A program made the translations under genes and the position numbers. Positions 9,021-26,710 of a stretch of 64,000 nt of DNA are shown piece after piece. The DNA lies in assembly GCF_009914755.1 (NCBI RefSeq), contig NC_060939.1; one strand, written 5' to 3'. How positions within the stretch are numbered: the first letter of the stretch is position 1; every line of letters begins with the position of its first letter. Origin of the DNA: the human T2T-CHM13v2.0 reference genome, Homo sapiens. Under the pieces are notes generated by a model. It was given only the letters and a program-made list of their open reading frames with translations. It was not told the DNA's origin and searched no databases.

Positions 9021-12000
9021 CTAAAGATGGGACGGGAGGATGGAGGGGGGCGCAGCCTGTGAGACCCATCGGAGAAGCCTTGGTGGGGCCGGGACAGGAG
9101 GAGAGGTGGGAGGGGGCACAGAGCCCTACAACTGTAGGAAACTCCAGCCTCCCCGCTCGGCTCAGCCGATCCTCCACCTGCAGCCAGCAGCACAGGCCCT
9201 CCCGGCCTCTCTCATCTCACCTCCTGGGCACTCCAGCTGGCTAAACAATCCCAACCCCAATCCCAGGCCTCTGCACACGCTGCCAGGGCCCTTCCCTCAG
9301 AAGGCCTCCTGGACCACCAAGCCGTCATGTGGCCCTGCTCTCCGACCCTGCAACCTCCGTGTCTGAGCCCAGACCCTGGAGCCAGGCCCGACAAGGATCC
9401 GGAGAACATCACATCACAGTTGACACAACAGAGCCTCCGACGGCCCCACCCAGGCAGAGACCTTGGGTCATCTGTGGAAAGGCGAGGTCTGGAAAGCAGC
9501 CCCTCCCCTGGGAGAGAGCCCAGGGCAGCCATGCCTGTCCCGTTTCCCCCACACCCCGACAGGGCTGGCCTCCGGCCTCTGTCATACCCTATCTACTCCT
9601 GCCTTCCTCCAGCTGGCATTCCCTGGCAGCGGTAGCGGGGAAACTGGCAGACACAAGCAGGCGCCATCTGTGTCCACCACACACTCCTGCTGCTGTGGTG
9701 TGGTGAAGACAAGGCTGCTCAGACACAACACCATGAGGCAGGAAGCATGGAAGCAGGGACCCTGGGGAGGGCGGCCCAGTCCCTTCTGGCACCCGCTTCT
9801 GCCCCTGCCTCACTCTGTACAACCCTCAGGCATGCTATTGCTTCTGGGACCAGTGACCAGCCTGCTGCCCCTGCTGGACCTTAGGTGGCCACCACTATGG
9901 CTTAGCAGCAGGAGTGCCCTGGCATGCTGACCACCCTGCCCATGGCTCATTGCTGTCCTGGAGGAACTGGAGGAAGGTTTGCTGCCTTCTGGGGGCAGCA
10001 GTGGCTGGGGAGAATTGAGCCACACAGACTTGCAGGGCTGGGGACGACCCAGGCAGCCACGACTTGGGCAGAAACAATGGAGGGAGGCAGGACCCGCGGG
10101 ACCTGGGGCCTCTAGCCAGGCAGAGGAGATGGGGAGGCACAAACCCTCCAGTTCTCCAGTCTGGGTGGCCTCAGGGCAGGTGGCACCAGGACAGAGGGTC
10201 AGGATGAGCATACAGTCCTGATTGGGACAGGCAGGGGGTTGCACAGGGAAGAAGGGCAAAGGTGATAGATCCTGGAGTCCAGCAGGGAGAGAAAGAGACA
10301 CTCCGAGATGTGGAGAGGCTGGGAGAACACGAAAGGGTCAGGAAACAGGGCCAAGACCACTGAAGGCAGGTGTGGAGAGAGGCTGGGAGGGTGGATCAGA
10401 CCATGGACTCCCGAAGCCCTGATTTCAGAGGAGGGGGCCTGGCAGCTTGGAGATCCAGAGTGGAGTGGGTGTTTGCGTGGTCTCCTAAGTCCCCCAACCA
10501 GTGACAGGCCCCCGGCCCTGCCCAGAGCTGCGGAGAAGAAAGCCAAGGTGACCAGACTTCTACTGAGAACCCTGGAATCCTCCTGGAATCACTCAGACTG
10601 CCCATGCTGGCTGGAAACAGATCCTCTAACATGGGCGTTGGCAGATGAGCAGCTGCTGGATGCAGTCCTAGTGCCCAAGATGATCACGTGCCAGGCTGGT
10701 CCAGGGTGCTGGGGGCATACCCTCTCATTTGCTCCTCACAACATCCTGGGCAGACTCTACCATCATCTCCCCTCATGCACTCAGGGCCCATAGGTCACTG
10801 GCCCCGGGTCGCACAAGAGAGATGTGATGGCCAGGATCTGGAGCCAGGCCCAGGCTGCCTGCACCAGGCTGTGTCTACTCACTGGGCTACCCCCAGTGCA
10901 GGGCTCCTCCCATTCAACTGCGAGCCTGGCCTCAAATACTTCACCCCACATACAAGTTCAAAACCATGGCAGCGAGACCTGGTGGGGAGAAAGGAGTGTC
11001 CCAAGTGCTCCTGCGGCTTGGGGCTCCCTGAGCCTCCCTGGGCCTGCACCCGGGGCAGAGTATCAGCGGCGGGTGGTGGGGTCAGCTGGCCCTGGGCTCC
11101 CTCCTTCCCGCTAGCATTCTGTGGCTCGAGGAGGTAGACTGGGGGCTCACCCATCCCAGCCAGGGGGTCCTCTGACCCTGGGGCTGAGGTGTCCAATGCA
11201 CCTCATCCCAGCACCAACAGTCCCTGGGCTGCAGCCCAGCCCTTCTGCTTCCTGGCTGCCCCAGTGCTGACTCGCTGCACATGTGGCTCCTGCGGGCCTG
11301 CTGTTGGGCAGCTGAAGCCACAACAACCTCTCAGCCCACCCTGGGTGTGTGGGAGAAGTCGGGAGCATGAGGCGACCCTCACAGAATCCACTGCGAGAAT
11401 CAGGCCGAGGTGCTGTCTTGGGAGTCAGAAACCCAAGTTCTACTCTTTGCCTGGCTATAGATGCTGTGTGGCCTTGGGCCTTCACGTCCTCATCTACAAG
11501 AGGCTGATCCCAAGCTACAGGGGTATAAATAGCAGTGTCTTCTTGGGAAAAATCACACAGGCGGCCGGCAGCCAGCCCTTCCTTCCTCTGGCAGGCTCAC
11601 TGCCAGGTCCTCTGCGCTGCCGACACACCCGGATCCCCAAACCCGTCAGCCCTTCCCCTCCACGCCCCTCCTTAAGCTAATTATAGCGGGGCTGGGCAGT
11701 CCCACAAGAGGTCAAAGGAGACAGTAGGTGACTCCAGTCAGAAGCCTCACTCTCACCTTGAGACTGCAAAGAGCTGCCTGCCACTGACAGGAGAGACCTG
11801 GGGGCCCGCTCCCCTGGCCACCCCTGGCCACCCCAGGGATCTGGTCATGGAGTCACTGAATGGGGGGTCCACGGGGTGAAGTGAAGGACCCCACATGTGA
11901 CCCAGCCTGCCTCTCTCCCTGTAGAAATGCTGGCTTTGAGGAAAGCAGGGACCAGGGCCTCCCCTCCTCCCCACCCAGGTCCAAGTTGACACTGGTGAAA

Positions 12001-13466
12001 TGCTGTGACCTCTCCCCAGGGTCCCTTAAAGCACCTGTCAGTCCGGAAAGGTTCTTAGAGTTCTTCAGGTCAACCCTTTTGGACAAGCTCCAGAAGCTAC
12101 CCTCCAGTGCCCCCCCACCACCTCCTGAGGGTTCTTCTGCCCCACCCTATACTCGCATGGCCCCGGCCTCTGCCCAGCCTGCCCTCCACTTACAGCAGCA
12201 CCCTTCTTCCTCGGCGTGGAAGCTGGCCTTTAGAAGGCAGGCTCCTTCTCCGAGTCACTGTTCCTGACCCCAGGAGGGCTTGGTGGCCCTCTCCCCATTC
12301 CTACAGACCCACGAGGACTGCATGCCTCAGTGCCAATCATCCCCAACTGTCATCTGTCCATCTCCCCATGGTGTGAGGGCCTGGAGGACAGGCACCTGGA
12401 GGTCTGTCTCCTTTACCACGGTCCCCACACACAGGGCCTGATGGACATGGAGTCTGTGGACACAGCAAGAACGAGTTTGGATTCAGCCCTGTGGGTCTAC
12501 CTGGCTGGATAAGCATCTATATGCAGGAAGCCAAAGGGCTTCACGACCAGCCAGGATGAGAGGGTGGTCTGTGAGTGCCTCTGCGACGCCCCCAAGTCCT
12601 AGAAACACTGCCTGACTGTTTGGCACTTTCGGTGAATCTCACTCATTCTGTCCCCCAACCTGCTTGGGTGGGGCCCATCCTGTCTCTCCTGTCCCATCCC
12701 CAGCAAGGAGACCAAAGGCTGCAGGCTGGAAGACAGGCTGCTGCCACCCTCCCCACCTCCGCACACCCTCTTCCTTCCACCTCCTGGGCCTCGGGAGGGC
12801 CCTGCTGCCTGACTCCCAGGATGCAAAGGTGAAAGTGTGAAAGGACCTTGGGAGGATGGGGTTCTTCTTCCTCCCAAACACCCCTCCATTGGGGAGGCAC
12901 GTATTGCTCTGCTTCTGTCTGGTTCTCCCCGGTGCCAAGGCTCTGGGAGGCCCCGGCTGGCTCTGACTCTCACCCTGTCCTCTCACCCTCACCCCAGGCC
13001 CCGAGCCAAGTCCCTCAAGCATTCCAGCAGCTGAATGAGGACAGAGACTTGTCTGTCTGTCTGTCTGTCCTAGAACCAGGCTGTTGGGCGGCACCCTGGG
13101 TCTGGGCAGCTGGGAACAAGCCCTGGGGGTGCTGTGGGGGCAGCTACTATTCTGATTTTCTGAAGCCATTCTCTCATTCTCTGCCTCTCTCTGGGGAAGG
13201 AGACACACCCTCCTCCCCATCTTCAGGCCACTTCCCTGGTTCAAGTCCATCCCATCTATCACTTGGTAACAGTGGAAGGAATAGTAATGAGTGTGCGTGA
13301 AATGCTTACTGTGTGGCAGGCACTGTGCTAAGCACTGCACGCATTTTCTCACTTATTCCTCATATCACATGCACAAGGCAGGCTCATCATCATGTCCATT
13401 TTTTGAGGCTTAAGAGCTAATATAACTTGTCTGCCAACACAGGTAGAAGCCTGGGCCACAGTCTAG

Positions 13467-13762
13467 GTTTTTTTTTTTTTCCCAAGATGGTCTTGCCCTG
13501 TCGCCCAAGCTGAACTGCAGTGGTGTGATCTTGGCTCACTGCAACCTCCACCTCCCAGGTTCAAGCAATTCTCCTGCCTAGCCTCCCGAGTAGCTAGGAT
13601 TATAGGCATGCACCACCACGCCCAGCTAATTTTTGTATTTTTAGTAGAGACGGGGTTTCACCATGTTGGCCAAGCTTGTCTCGAACTCCTGACCTCAAGG
13701 GATCCGCCTGCCTCAGTCTCCCAAAGTGCTGGGTTTATAGGTGTGAGCCACCGTGCCTGGCC
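13467..13762 (-). mobile_element. AluS
   Basis: full dimer; TSD CAGTCTAGGT. Confidence 0.93.
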
Positions 13763-14706
13763 AGTCTAGGTCCTTAACCACCAAACAAAACTCTTCTCTG
13801 CTTCCAATCCCACCCCCCACCCCAGTACTCCCTCTTCCACTGGAGGCCAGCATCCTTGCTCTTACATCCCTAATGGACCTGGTCACATCCCTGCTTAAGC
13901 CCCACAGTGAGTGGACTTCTAGAAAAATATGGCATGTTGAGCAGACAGATTTATCGCTGCTCCCTTCCAAAACTCCACTATGATGACAGTAGAGGAAATA
14001 AACAAGGCATAAATCCATAAGGGGTGATGATGGGTAATGAAGGATGTCAACAAGATTCTGGAAGCTGGGAAGCAGATGGCCAGGCAGTAGCTGACTTGGT
14101 AGAGTGATAAAAGCTGAGAGCCAACTGCCTGCAGGGAGGAACCACCCAGAAGGAGAAGCCCGGAAAGGCTCAGGAATGGAGTTTCCAGGGACCCCTCAGG
14201 GCCTTAGTGCCAGGAGGGCTGAAGACAGTAGGGCTGAAAGTCTGTAAGAACCGATCAGACCCTAGAGCCCCTCCCCAACCCTGAGTAGCCAAGTGATGGC
14301 CACCTGCCACCCAGCAGAGGGCTGAGGATCACTCCCTGGGGAGGGTGAACCAGGAGGCTCTGGCCCAGGAATGGTAGACATACATGAAGGCCCAAGGCAG
14401 AAGGACCTACAGAGAAAAGGGGACAAGCAAAAGTCTACACATTGAAGGGTAAGAAACACGCCAAGCTGGAATGCTGCAGCCAGACATACACTCTCCCAGG
14501 AAAAGCCTAGAGGATTCCTCTCGGAAAACTGAATCACTCAGAAAAATGACCTCAGATACTGAAATTAGAGGATCTCCCCAAAATAGCCCCCATCCAAACC
14601 AGTCCTTCAGCAGAGACTTGGAAGAGTCCTGCCCAAGTCCACAAACTGCACAATGAGTATCTCTGCATCTCCTTGCTATATATGAAATACAGCCAATGCA
14701 TTTTAA

Positions 14707-15025
<319 letters not shown>

Positions 15026-15174
15026 TGAAACAAATATTTTTTTAAAAATAACCCAAAGGAAAGAAAAACATTTCAGGGAACAGAAGAAAAAAGTCAAATC
15101 CATGTAAGTAATAACCTCGCAGAGATAAGAGAACATACTGTACCCATGAAACAAGAATAGGATCAAAAGGTGCA

Positions 15175-15397
15175 CAGGTTGAGCATCTCCAATCTCAAAA
15201 TCCAAATGCTCCAAAATCCAAAACTTTTGAGCACTAACATGATGCTCAGAGGAAATGCTCTTTGGAGCACTTCAGATTTTGGACTTTCAGACTGGGGATT
15301 CTGAACTGCTAAGTATAATGCAAATACTCAAAAATTAAAAAAAAATCCAAAATCTAAAACACTTCTGGTCCTAAGTATTTCAGATGAGACACTCAAT
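15175..15397 (+). mobile_element. Tigger4a (MER46A) MITE
   Basis: CAGGTTGAGCATC...AAAATCCAAA...ACACTTCTGGTCCTAAG matches recalled consensus. Confidence 0.8.
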
Positions 15398-15517
15398 GTA
15401 TATTTAGTGAATGAGAAAGTTTAAGAAATTAAAAGTAGAATGAAAAAAATGAAAATTTTAATAGAAGGATTGTAAAGTATAGATAAATCAGATGCCCCCT
15501 AGAAAATAGAAACAGGT

Positions 15518-16148
<631 letters not shown>

Positions 16149-16696
16149 TTAAAAGGTCACATTCAAATCACAATGGTATGGGACCTCTACAGAGCAATGT
16201 TGGAAACTAGAAGACAACAGAAAAATGCCTTCGACATTCTGAAGAAGAGTCACTTCCAACCCGAAGTTGATATCAAATCAAAATATCAATCAGATGTGAG
16301 GGAAGGATAAAGACACTTTGAGACAGGCAAACCATTTACCTCCATGCACTCTTTCTCAGAAAGCTGCTTGAGGATGTGCTCCACCAAAACAAATTAAAAA
16401 AAAAAAAAAGGTACCTCCCCATAAAAAAAGTAGCATGGGATCCAAGAAACAGGAAGACCCTCCATGAATATTTTGGGGCAGGTCTAGAAAGCATCCAGTC
16501 TAAACTGGAGGACACAGGGAAGTTGGGAGGAGGGTCCAAGAAAGAAGGGAACTGCTGGATTATCTGGTAGGGATTACCTTTGGGAAAACTGGATTAAAAG
16601 ACATCTTATAAAACTATTAAAGGATCTGGAAGGCCTGGAGAAGCAATGAAAACCAAGCAAATAAAAAACTTGTTCTTAAAAAGAAATGCCATCTAG

Positions 16697-17003
16697 ATGG
16701 GGCGCAGTGGCTCTCATCTGTAATCCCAGCACTTTGGGAGGCCAAGGTGGCGAATCACTTGAGGTCAGGAGTTCGAGACCAGCCTGGCCAACATGGAAAC
16801 CCCATCTCTACTAAAAATACAAACATTAGCTGGGCAGGGGTGGCAGGTGCCTGTAATCCCAGCTACTTGGGAGGCTGAGGCATGAGACTCACTTGAACCC
16901 AGGAGGCAGAGGCTGCAGTGAGCTGAGATTGCACCACTGTACTCCAGCTGGAGCAGCAGAGTAAGAGTCTCTCAAAAAAAAAAAAAAGAAAAGAAAGAAA
17001 GAA
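16697..17003 (+). mobile_element. AluS
   Basis: full dimer; TSD AAGAAATGCCATCT. Confidence 0.93.
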
Positions 17004-17272
17004 ATGCCATCTTATTACAACACTTAGTTCAGACATCAAGATTTACAGCCATAATAATGAAAATGCGGAATATGGACTTAATCCAAATATGTTAACACTA
17101 AATTGGGATGAAAAGTGAGGGGACAAATGTATGTACAGGAAGTGATGCAAGGGTGCTAAATCCCAACCTTCCAGATAATATCTAAACTGGAAAATCAATA
17201 AATGAGAGTCTAGCAATACTTTTTGGAAATAGGAAAGTAAATACAAGAAAAAGCTAACAATGTTAAGTTTGA

Positions 17273-18158
<886 letters not shown>

Positions 18159-18589
18159 TAGGAGTTCGGTGAGACTCAAAGCAATTAGATGTTAAACATG
18201 TTATGTCAACAACTGAGTAAGGGACAGGAGAGCACTGACAGGCCCAGAGGCTGCATTTTCCATTTGAACCAGACTTACTTCAAATGCAGAAAGAAGACAA
18301 TGACCAAGGTGCCCCATCATCCTTTCTTACCCATGTTAACACCCCTGTATTAGCCAATCGCTATGCAGAAAATGAAGACACGGGAGGAAAGAGAACCCCA
18401 CAGTTCCTTCTCCTTTCAGTCTTTCCTTCCTCATTGGTAAGAAAAGGTAGACAGCCTGGGTAGAATGTGCACATACCAAGGAGTGAGATGAAACCAGTTG
18501 AGATAATTTTATTCTATTTCATCCTCTGGTAAATATGAGCTACAAAAGACGAATTGTATAATTTCAGTGACTCTGCATACAAGTTAATA

Positions 18590-19015
18590 CAGCTCACCTT
18601 TGAACAACATGGATTTGAACTGCACAGGTCCACTTACATGTGGATTTTTTTTCACCTCTGCCACCCCTGAGATCATCCCCTGCCTTTCTCCTCCCTCCTC
18701 AGCCTACTCAACATGAAGAGGATGAGGATCCTCTTCCACTTAATGAATATCCACTTCCACTTAATGAGCAGTGAACATATTTTCTCTTCCTTATGATTTC
18801 AATAACATTTGCTTTTCTCTAGCTTACTTTATTGTAAGAATACAGTATATATTATATACAACATACAAAATATGTGTTAACTGTTTATGTTATCAGTAAG
18901 GCTTCCAGTCAACAGTAGGCTATTAGCAGTTTTGGGCGAGTCGAAAGTTATACGTGGATTTTCAATTGCACAGGAGTCAGCACCCCTGACCCCCGAGTTC
19001 TTCTGGGGTCAGCTA
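18590..19015 (+). mobile_element. Tigger2a (MER28) DNA transposon
   Basis: TIR-like ends CAGCTCACCTTTGAACAAC / GTTCTTCTGGGGTCAGCT, TA flanks, internal CCTCAGCCTACTCAACATGAAG. Confidence 0.8.
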
Positions 19016-19162
19016 TACTCATATTTGCATTTAAACCTGGCACTGCACAAAATAAAGATGAATGGTACAATTTATGCCAATAATTTAAATTTAAAACTTT
19101 TTCTTACTTAGAACATTAAATAGCAAATTTGAAAAAAAAAAAAAAAAAAAAACACCAGAACA

Positions 19163-19583
<421 letters not shown>

Positions 19584-19818
19584 TCACCTCCTCCAGCTTC
19601 ATTTCCTACGCAGCCTTTGCTCCCATAGCCTTGCTCAGGGTTCCGCCGTTCCCTGAAAGCTCTCCCGCTCCTTTACTGCTACAGGCCTTTCTCAGGCTTC
19701 CTCTACCAAGAACACCATTCTTCTCCCTTCTGCACATGTGTGAATTCTCGCTCCTCCTCCAAGTTCAAGCCTCCTTCCAGGAGGACATTTGGGATGCCGG
19801 CACCACATCTTTGCCAGG

Positions 19819-19986
19819 TGCCCCTCTGTTTCCCTCTACCCTGGCCCTGCAGTGTGACTGTCTGCATCACCCCCATTAGACCTTGACCTCATGTATCAAG
19901 ATCTTGCCCCTCTGCTTCCCTCTACCCCGGCCCTGCAGTATGACTGTCTGCATCTCTCCCAGTAGACCTTGACCTCATGGATCAAG
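19819..19986 (+). repeat. about 86-bp tandem duplication (2 copies)
   Basis: TGCCCCTCTG..CCCTCTACCC..AGACCTTGACCTCATG.ATCAAG at 19819-19900 and 19905-19986. Confidence 0.9.
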
Positions 19987-20015
19987 GTATAGGGGCCCAG
20001 GGCTGGGGGACTTAC

Positions 20016-20159
20016 TCAAGGAACCTGGTGATATACTGGCGGCTGCAGCGGGACCAGGTGAGGGGAGCGGCGTCGTACAGGAGCTGTGGAGACATGATGA
20101 AAGGTCGTTTCCCAACGGGCTCACAGTCATTGCCGCTTCCGTCATGCTGAATGCCAAAA
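20016..20159 (-). CDS. ADAMTS7: ADAMTS7 exon 8 (SFGIQHD, Met-turn)
   Basis: cacag|TTTTGG ... GA|GTAAGT; 144 nt; completes [12 protein letters not shown]. Confidence 0.97.
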
Positions 20160-21473
20160 CTGTGTGAGAGCACAGGCCCCAGGGGCGGGTGAGCCGGCGG
20201 GAGGCTGCCAGCCTGCCCTCCCCTGGACACCCACAAGGTGCGCAGTCCTAGTTCCCAGGGCTGGTTCTGCCACCCAATGGCTGCACCCAATGGCTGCAGA
20301 AAGTCACATTCCCCTCTCTGAGCCTCAGTTTCCTGAATGTAAAATGAGGGTATGACAGCTAGTATCCCAAGGGCTCCTGTTCCAGCCTGAAATGAGGGCC
20401 AGGGACCCAGAGCAGCCCTGCCCCTGCCTGGGGGCCAGCCAGCAATGGCAAATCAGGTGGCACAGATGTGGGCCCGTGATGGCCCCTGCAAGCTCACTGG
20501 CCTCAAGAACAGTCTGACAGCGGTTCCCACTCACAGGTCCTTGTCCCAAGGCTGTGCACTTGAGTTAAGGGATCTGAGCTGCTGTATCACAGAAAGGTCT
20601 CCAGAGACCATCCTTGGGAAGGATACAAGAAAAATTATTTCCTGAGCATCTACTATGTGCCAGGGGCCATGCTAAGCACTTTCAGAAACACAATCTCACT
20701 CAGTTCTCATTATTACCCTCAGGAAGGCTCAGAGAGTCTAAGGAACTAGCTAGGGTAACACAGCCAGGAAATTGCAGTACTGTGGCAGGCTGTTCTTTCT
20801 GCAGCCATAAGCAGCTTCAAGGTCCTGCAGGCACGGCCATCGCCTACGAAACCCGGACGTCTGAATGGATGACCCCAACAGCTTTGACCCACAGAACGTT
20901 CTGGGAGCCTGCCTTTGATGGCTTGCTAGACAATCTAAGATGCTGCCATATTCGCCAGCTCAACAGCCAGGGCACAGGTGGCTGGAGGCCTGTGAAGACA
21001 GGAGCCTCAGGCAGCAGTGTCAGATAGAGGGAGCCTTGGACATCACTGAATCCAAACCCCTCAATCTATGGGAAGCACACAGAGGCCCAGAGAGGGCAGG
21101 CACTGGCCCAGGCCACAGAGCAAACAGGAACAGGGACAGGGATCGAGAGTAAAAAATACAGCACTGAGGGCAATGGGGAGGGACAGCCAAAGACCTACAA
21201 TGATTTTCCGGCCCATCACAACTCCCCTTTAAATAAGACTCCCTCCAGGCCAGTCCTAGAGATGCCCAGGCAGCCCTCTCTCCTGCTTTACAGGGAAGCA
21301 GCCTGGTTGTGGGGAGGGGACAGTGCAGGGGCAGCACATGGCCAGTCAGGGCTCCTTTTCCAGAGAGCTTCCTTTCCCCTGGACTTTGTGACCCACAGGC
21401 TGGATACCCGGTGCCCCCAGGCTGCGAGGGTGAAGCTCGGCTCTCAGTGTAGCAATGGGGGCAGGCACAGTAC

Positions 21474-21623
21474 CTGTGCCCGAGCTCGTGGGCTACAGTG
21501 AAGGCCAGCGGCAGGCCCGTGTCCTCGTTGATGCTGCAGCTGCGGTGCGGCTGGCACATGCCCGCCACATGGGACAGTCCCAGGGTCTCACAGGGCCGGT
21601 TCATGGCTGCACACAGGTCCTTT
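21474..21623 (-). CDS. ADAMTS7: ADAMTS7 exon 7 (first half of zinc-binding motif, AHELGH)
   Basis: tgcag|AAAGG ... AG|GTACTG; 150 nt; [17 protein letters not shown]. Confidence 0.97.
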
Positions 21624-21927
21624 CTGCACAGGCAAAGAAGCAGCCTTCAGGCTAACCTGGCCCAGTGCCAGGCCCACCTGAGCTAAGGCCAGGGAAGGGT
21701 CCCCCCGAATTGATCCCAAGCGAAAAGGATGTCTCTCCCACCGTTCTGTGACATGAGGCCAGCACGGTGGCCGCTTGGGAAGCAGGTGCTCTCATTTACA
21801 CACAACCGGCTGGGCATCTCTTTGGCCCTTGAGAGCACAGACCCGCACAGAACAATTTTGGTTACTATCCAGCAGGGGTGCTGACAGATGCCTCCAGAGT
21901 CCAGCAGAGGGAAAATAACTGCCTCTG

Positions 21928-22289
21928 GACAGATCAGCAGTTGCCGGAGGTTAGGGGAGGAAGGTGGCTGTGACTATAAACGGGTAGCACGAGACATCCT
22001 TCTGATGGGACAGATCTGTATCTAGACTGTGGGGGTGGGTAGGTGAACCCACAATGATGAAACTGCAAAGAACTGAATACACACACACACACAAAGGGAA
22101 GTACGTGTGGAACTGATGAGATCTGAGTAAGTCTGTGGATGGTATCAGTGTCAGTTTCCTGATTGGGATACTGTGCTCTAGTCATGCAAGATGTTACCAC
22201 TGGGGGAAATGGAGGAAGGCTATACAGGCCCTCTCTCTATTATTTCTGATAACAGCGAGAAAATCCACAATTATTTCAAAATAAAAAGA
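21928..22289 (+). mobile_element. L1MC/L1MD-type 3' end
   Basis: CAGATCAGCAGTTGCC...CAAGATGTTACCACTGGGGGAAA...TTATTTCAAAATAAAA. Confidence 0.7.
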
Positions 22290-22454
22290 CCTCCCCAAGT
22301 GCGGACAGAATCCAGCCTTGGGCCAAAGGTGCGCAAACTCTCCTCAAAATTGGGCTCCCTGACAGCACGGCCCCCTCCTCCACCAGGGCTTCTTCTGCAG
22401 GGCCGGGAAGCACCTCCTGAGATGCAGGCTCCCACCCTCCTGCGGCTGCAGTAC

Positions 22455-22579
22455 CTGGTGAGCAGGATGGCAGTGTCATGGTGCAGGGGATGGGCATCCC
22501 CCTTCATGTTGATGCTTTTCTGCCACTTGCAGAAGCTCTTCAGGGTGTTGTCTGCATGGTGCGTGATCTTTAGGTCCTC
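22455..22579 (-). CDS. ADAMTS7: ADAMTS7 exon 6
   Basis: cccag|GAGGAC ... AG|GTACTG; 125 nt; [10 protein letters not shown]...[10 protein letters not shown]. Confidence 0.96.
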
Positions 22580-22924
22580 CTGGGGGCAGAGAGAGTGACT
22601 GCTCATGCCTCCCCTGAGTTCCAAGAAGGTCAGGCCCAATTCTCCCCCATACGAAGGCAGGAGACAGAGGCCCAGCAGGGAAGTGGGAGGCCCGCAGGCA
22701 CCAGTCGAGCTTCCAGCCTGACTATCCCTCCTGTAGGAACCTCCTGCAGAGGACCTGGGACCTGAGAGAGGGTCAGTCAGGAACCAGGGGGTGGCAGGGG
22801 ACACGGTCCAGGCCAAGGAGGCCTTCACTGTGCCCTTCCATAAAGAGCAGCACAGGTCATGCGGCAGGAGGGCTCTGGCAGCCGAAGCCATTGCCGGGCA
22901 GCGTGGGACCACATGACCACTCAC

Positions 22925-23008
22925 CTCCTCATCTTCCAGCAGGACCAGGCGCACAATGGTGATGTGGATGGGGTTCCCAATGCTGGGGTCATGAAACAGG
23001 CCAGCCAC
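22925..23008 (-). CDS. ADAMTS7: ADAMTS7 exon 5
   Basis: ggcag|GTGGCT ... GAG|GTGAGT; 84 nt; [21 protein letters not shown]. Confidence 0.96.
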
Positions 23009-24289
23009 CTGCCCAAGAGATGGGGGGGTCAGGCTGTCACGAGGATGAAGGATACAAGCAGCCAATGCCCACCCCAACCCACCCACCCACGCAGGGCAAC
23101 GCACACCTGTGCTCACACACAGGGACTCTCACACTGGTGCACACAGGCTGCACAGTGGACAGGCGATGCATGTGCACCAATGCATGAGTGTCCCCACACC
23201 TCACACACACTGCCCCAATGTGGCAGCAGCAGAACCTGGAGAGGACAAGAGGCCTCTGAGGCCCCTTCCCAGAGTTGCAGCCTCTCCTGAGCCTCAGTTT
23301 GGGATCTGCTTCCCAGTACCAACTCCATGCCCACCCAGCACAGGCGATGGCAGCTCAGACCTCCAAATTCTGGTTTCTTGGCCTGTCGCAGGGCCCTAGT
23401 CCTACAACTGCCAGGGCTATGATAGCAGTGCCCTCCTGACCTGGGGATGCCAGGACCAGCATCCCAGGAGTGCACCCTCCAATGAGGCATAGAACTGGGC
23501 AGGGCTCAGAGGGTAGAGTGAGGGTAGGCACAGGCCTATGGAGCCTGCCCACTGCTCTGCTATTCCATTTCCCCGGGGCTGACAGCCATGGGGCCAAGGA
23601 GGCAGGTGTGCACATCTATCAGAGGCCCCATGGCTACATGGGGCTCCCTACTGAGACCCAGGAGACGGGGCTATCCCCAAAGATGGAAGATAAGCCAAGG
23701 TGAGGGGAGGGCAGGGATGGCAGAACAGGCCAGTTGTGAGTTGGCTTCTAGCAATGCATCAAGAAAAAGAATATTCAAATAGCAAGGAACCAAACAAACA
23801 CTGTTAAGAGGGCACCAAAGTCCCTGATTATGGGGATGAATGACACTCTCAGAACCCAAGGTCAGAAATGGGGAAGATAAACAGCGATATCATGTGCCAC
23901 CGTCACCTCCACACACAGGCTGGGAGCCCGGGAGCCTTGAACCACCTTTCTCCAATACAACCAACCAATTTTTGCCTCCCAAGTTTTGCCCGACTCTGTC
24001 TCTTCTCTCCATCTCCAACACCACTGCCTCGTCCAAGTTACCATCATCATTTCGTCTGCTCAGTTGTTGAGGTCTCCTACGAGTGTCCCCATATTCTGCG
24101 GCCCCTCCAGACCACCTGCAGCCTAGCAGCTCCACCATCGATCTTTGAAATGCAAACCCCATCATGACATGCCTTTGCCTAAGGCAGTAAGTGGTTCTTC
24201 ACTGTCCAGGAAAAGGACAGAAGTCCCCAGCCTAGCCAACAGGCTTCTTGGATCTGGTCCCTGCCTTCCTCTCTGACCTCCCCCTGCCT

Positions 24290-26710
<2,421 letters not shown>

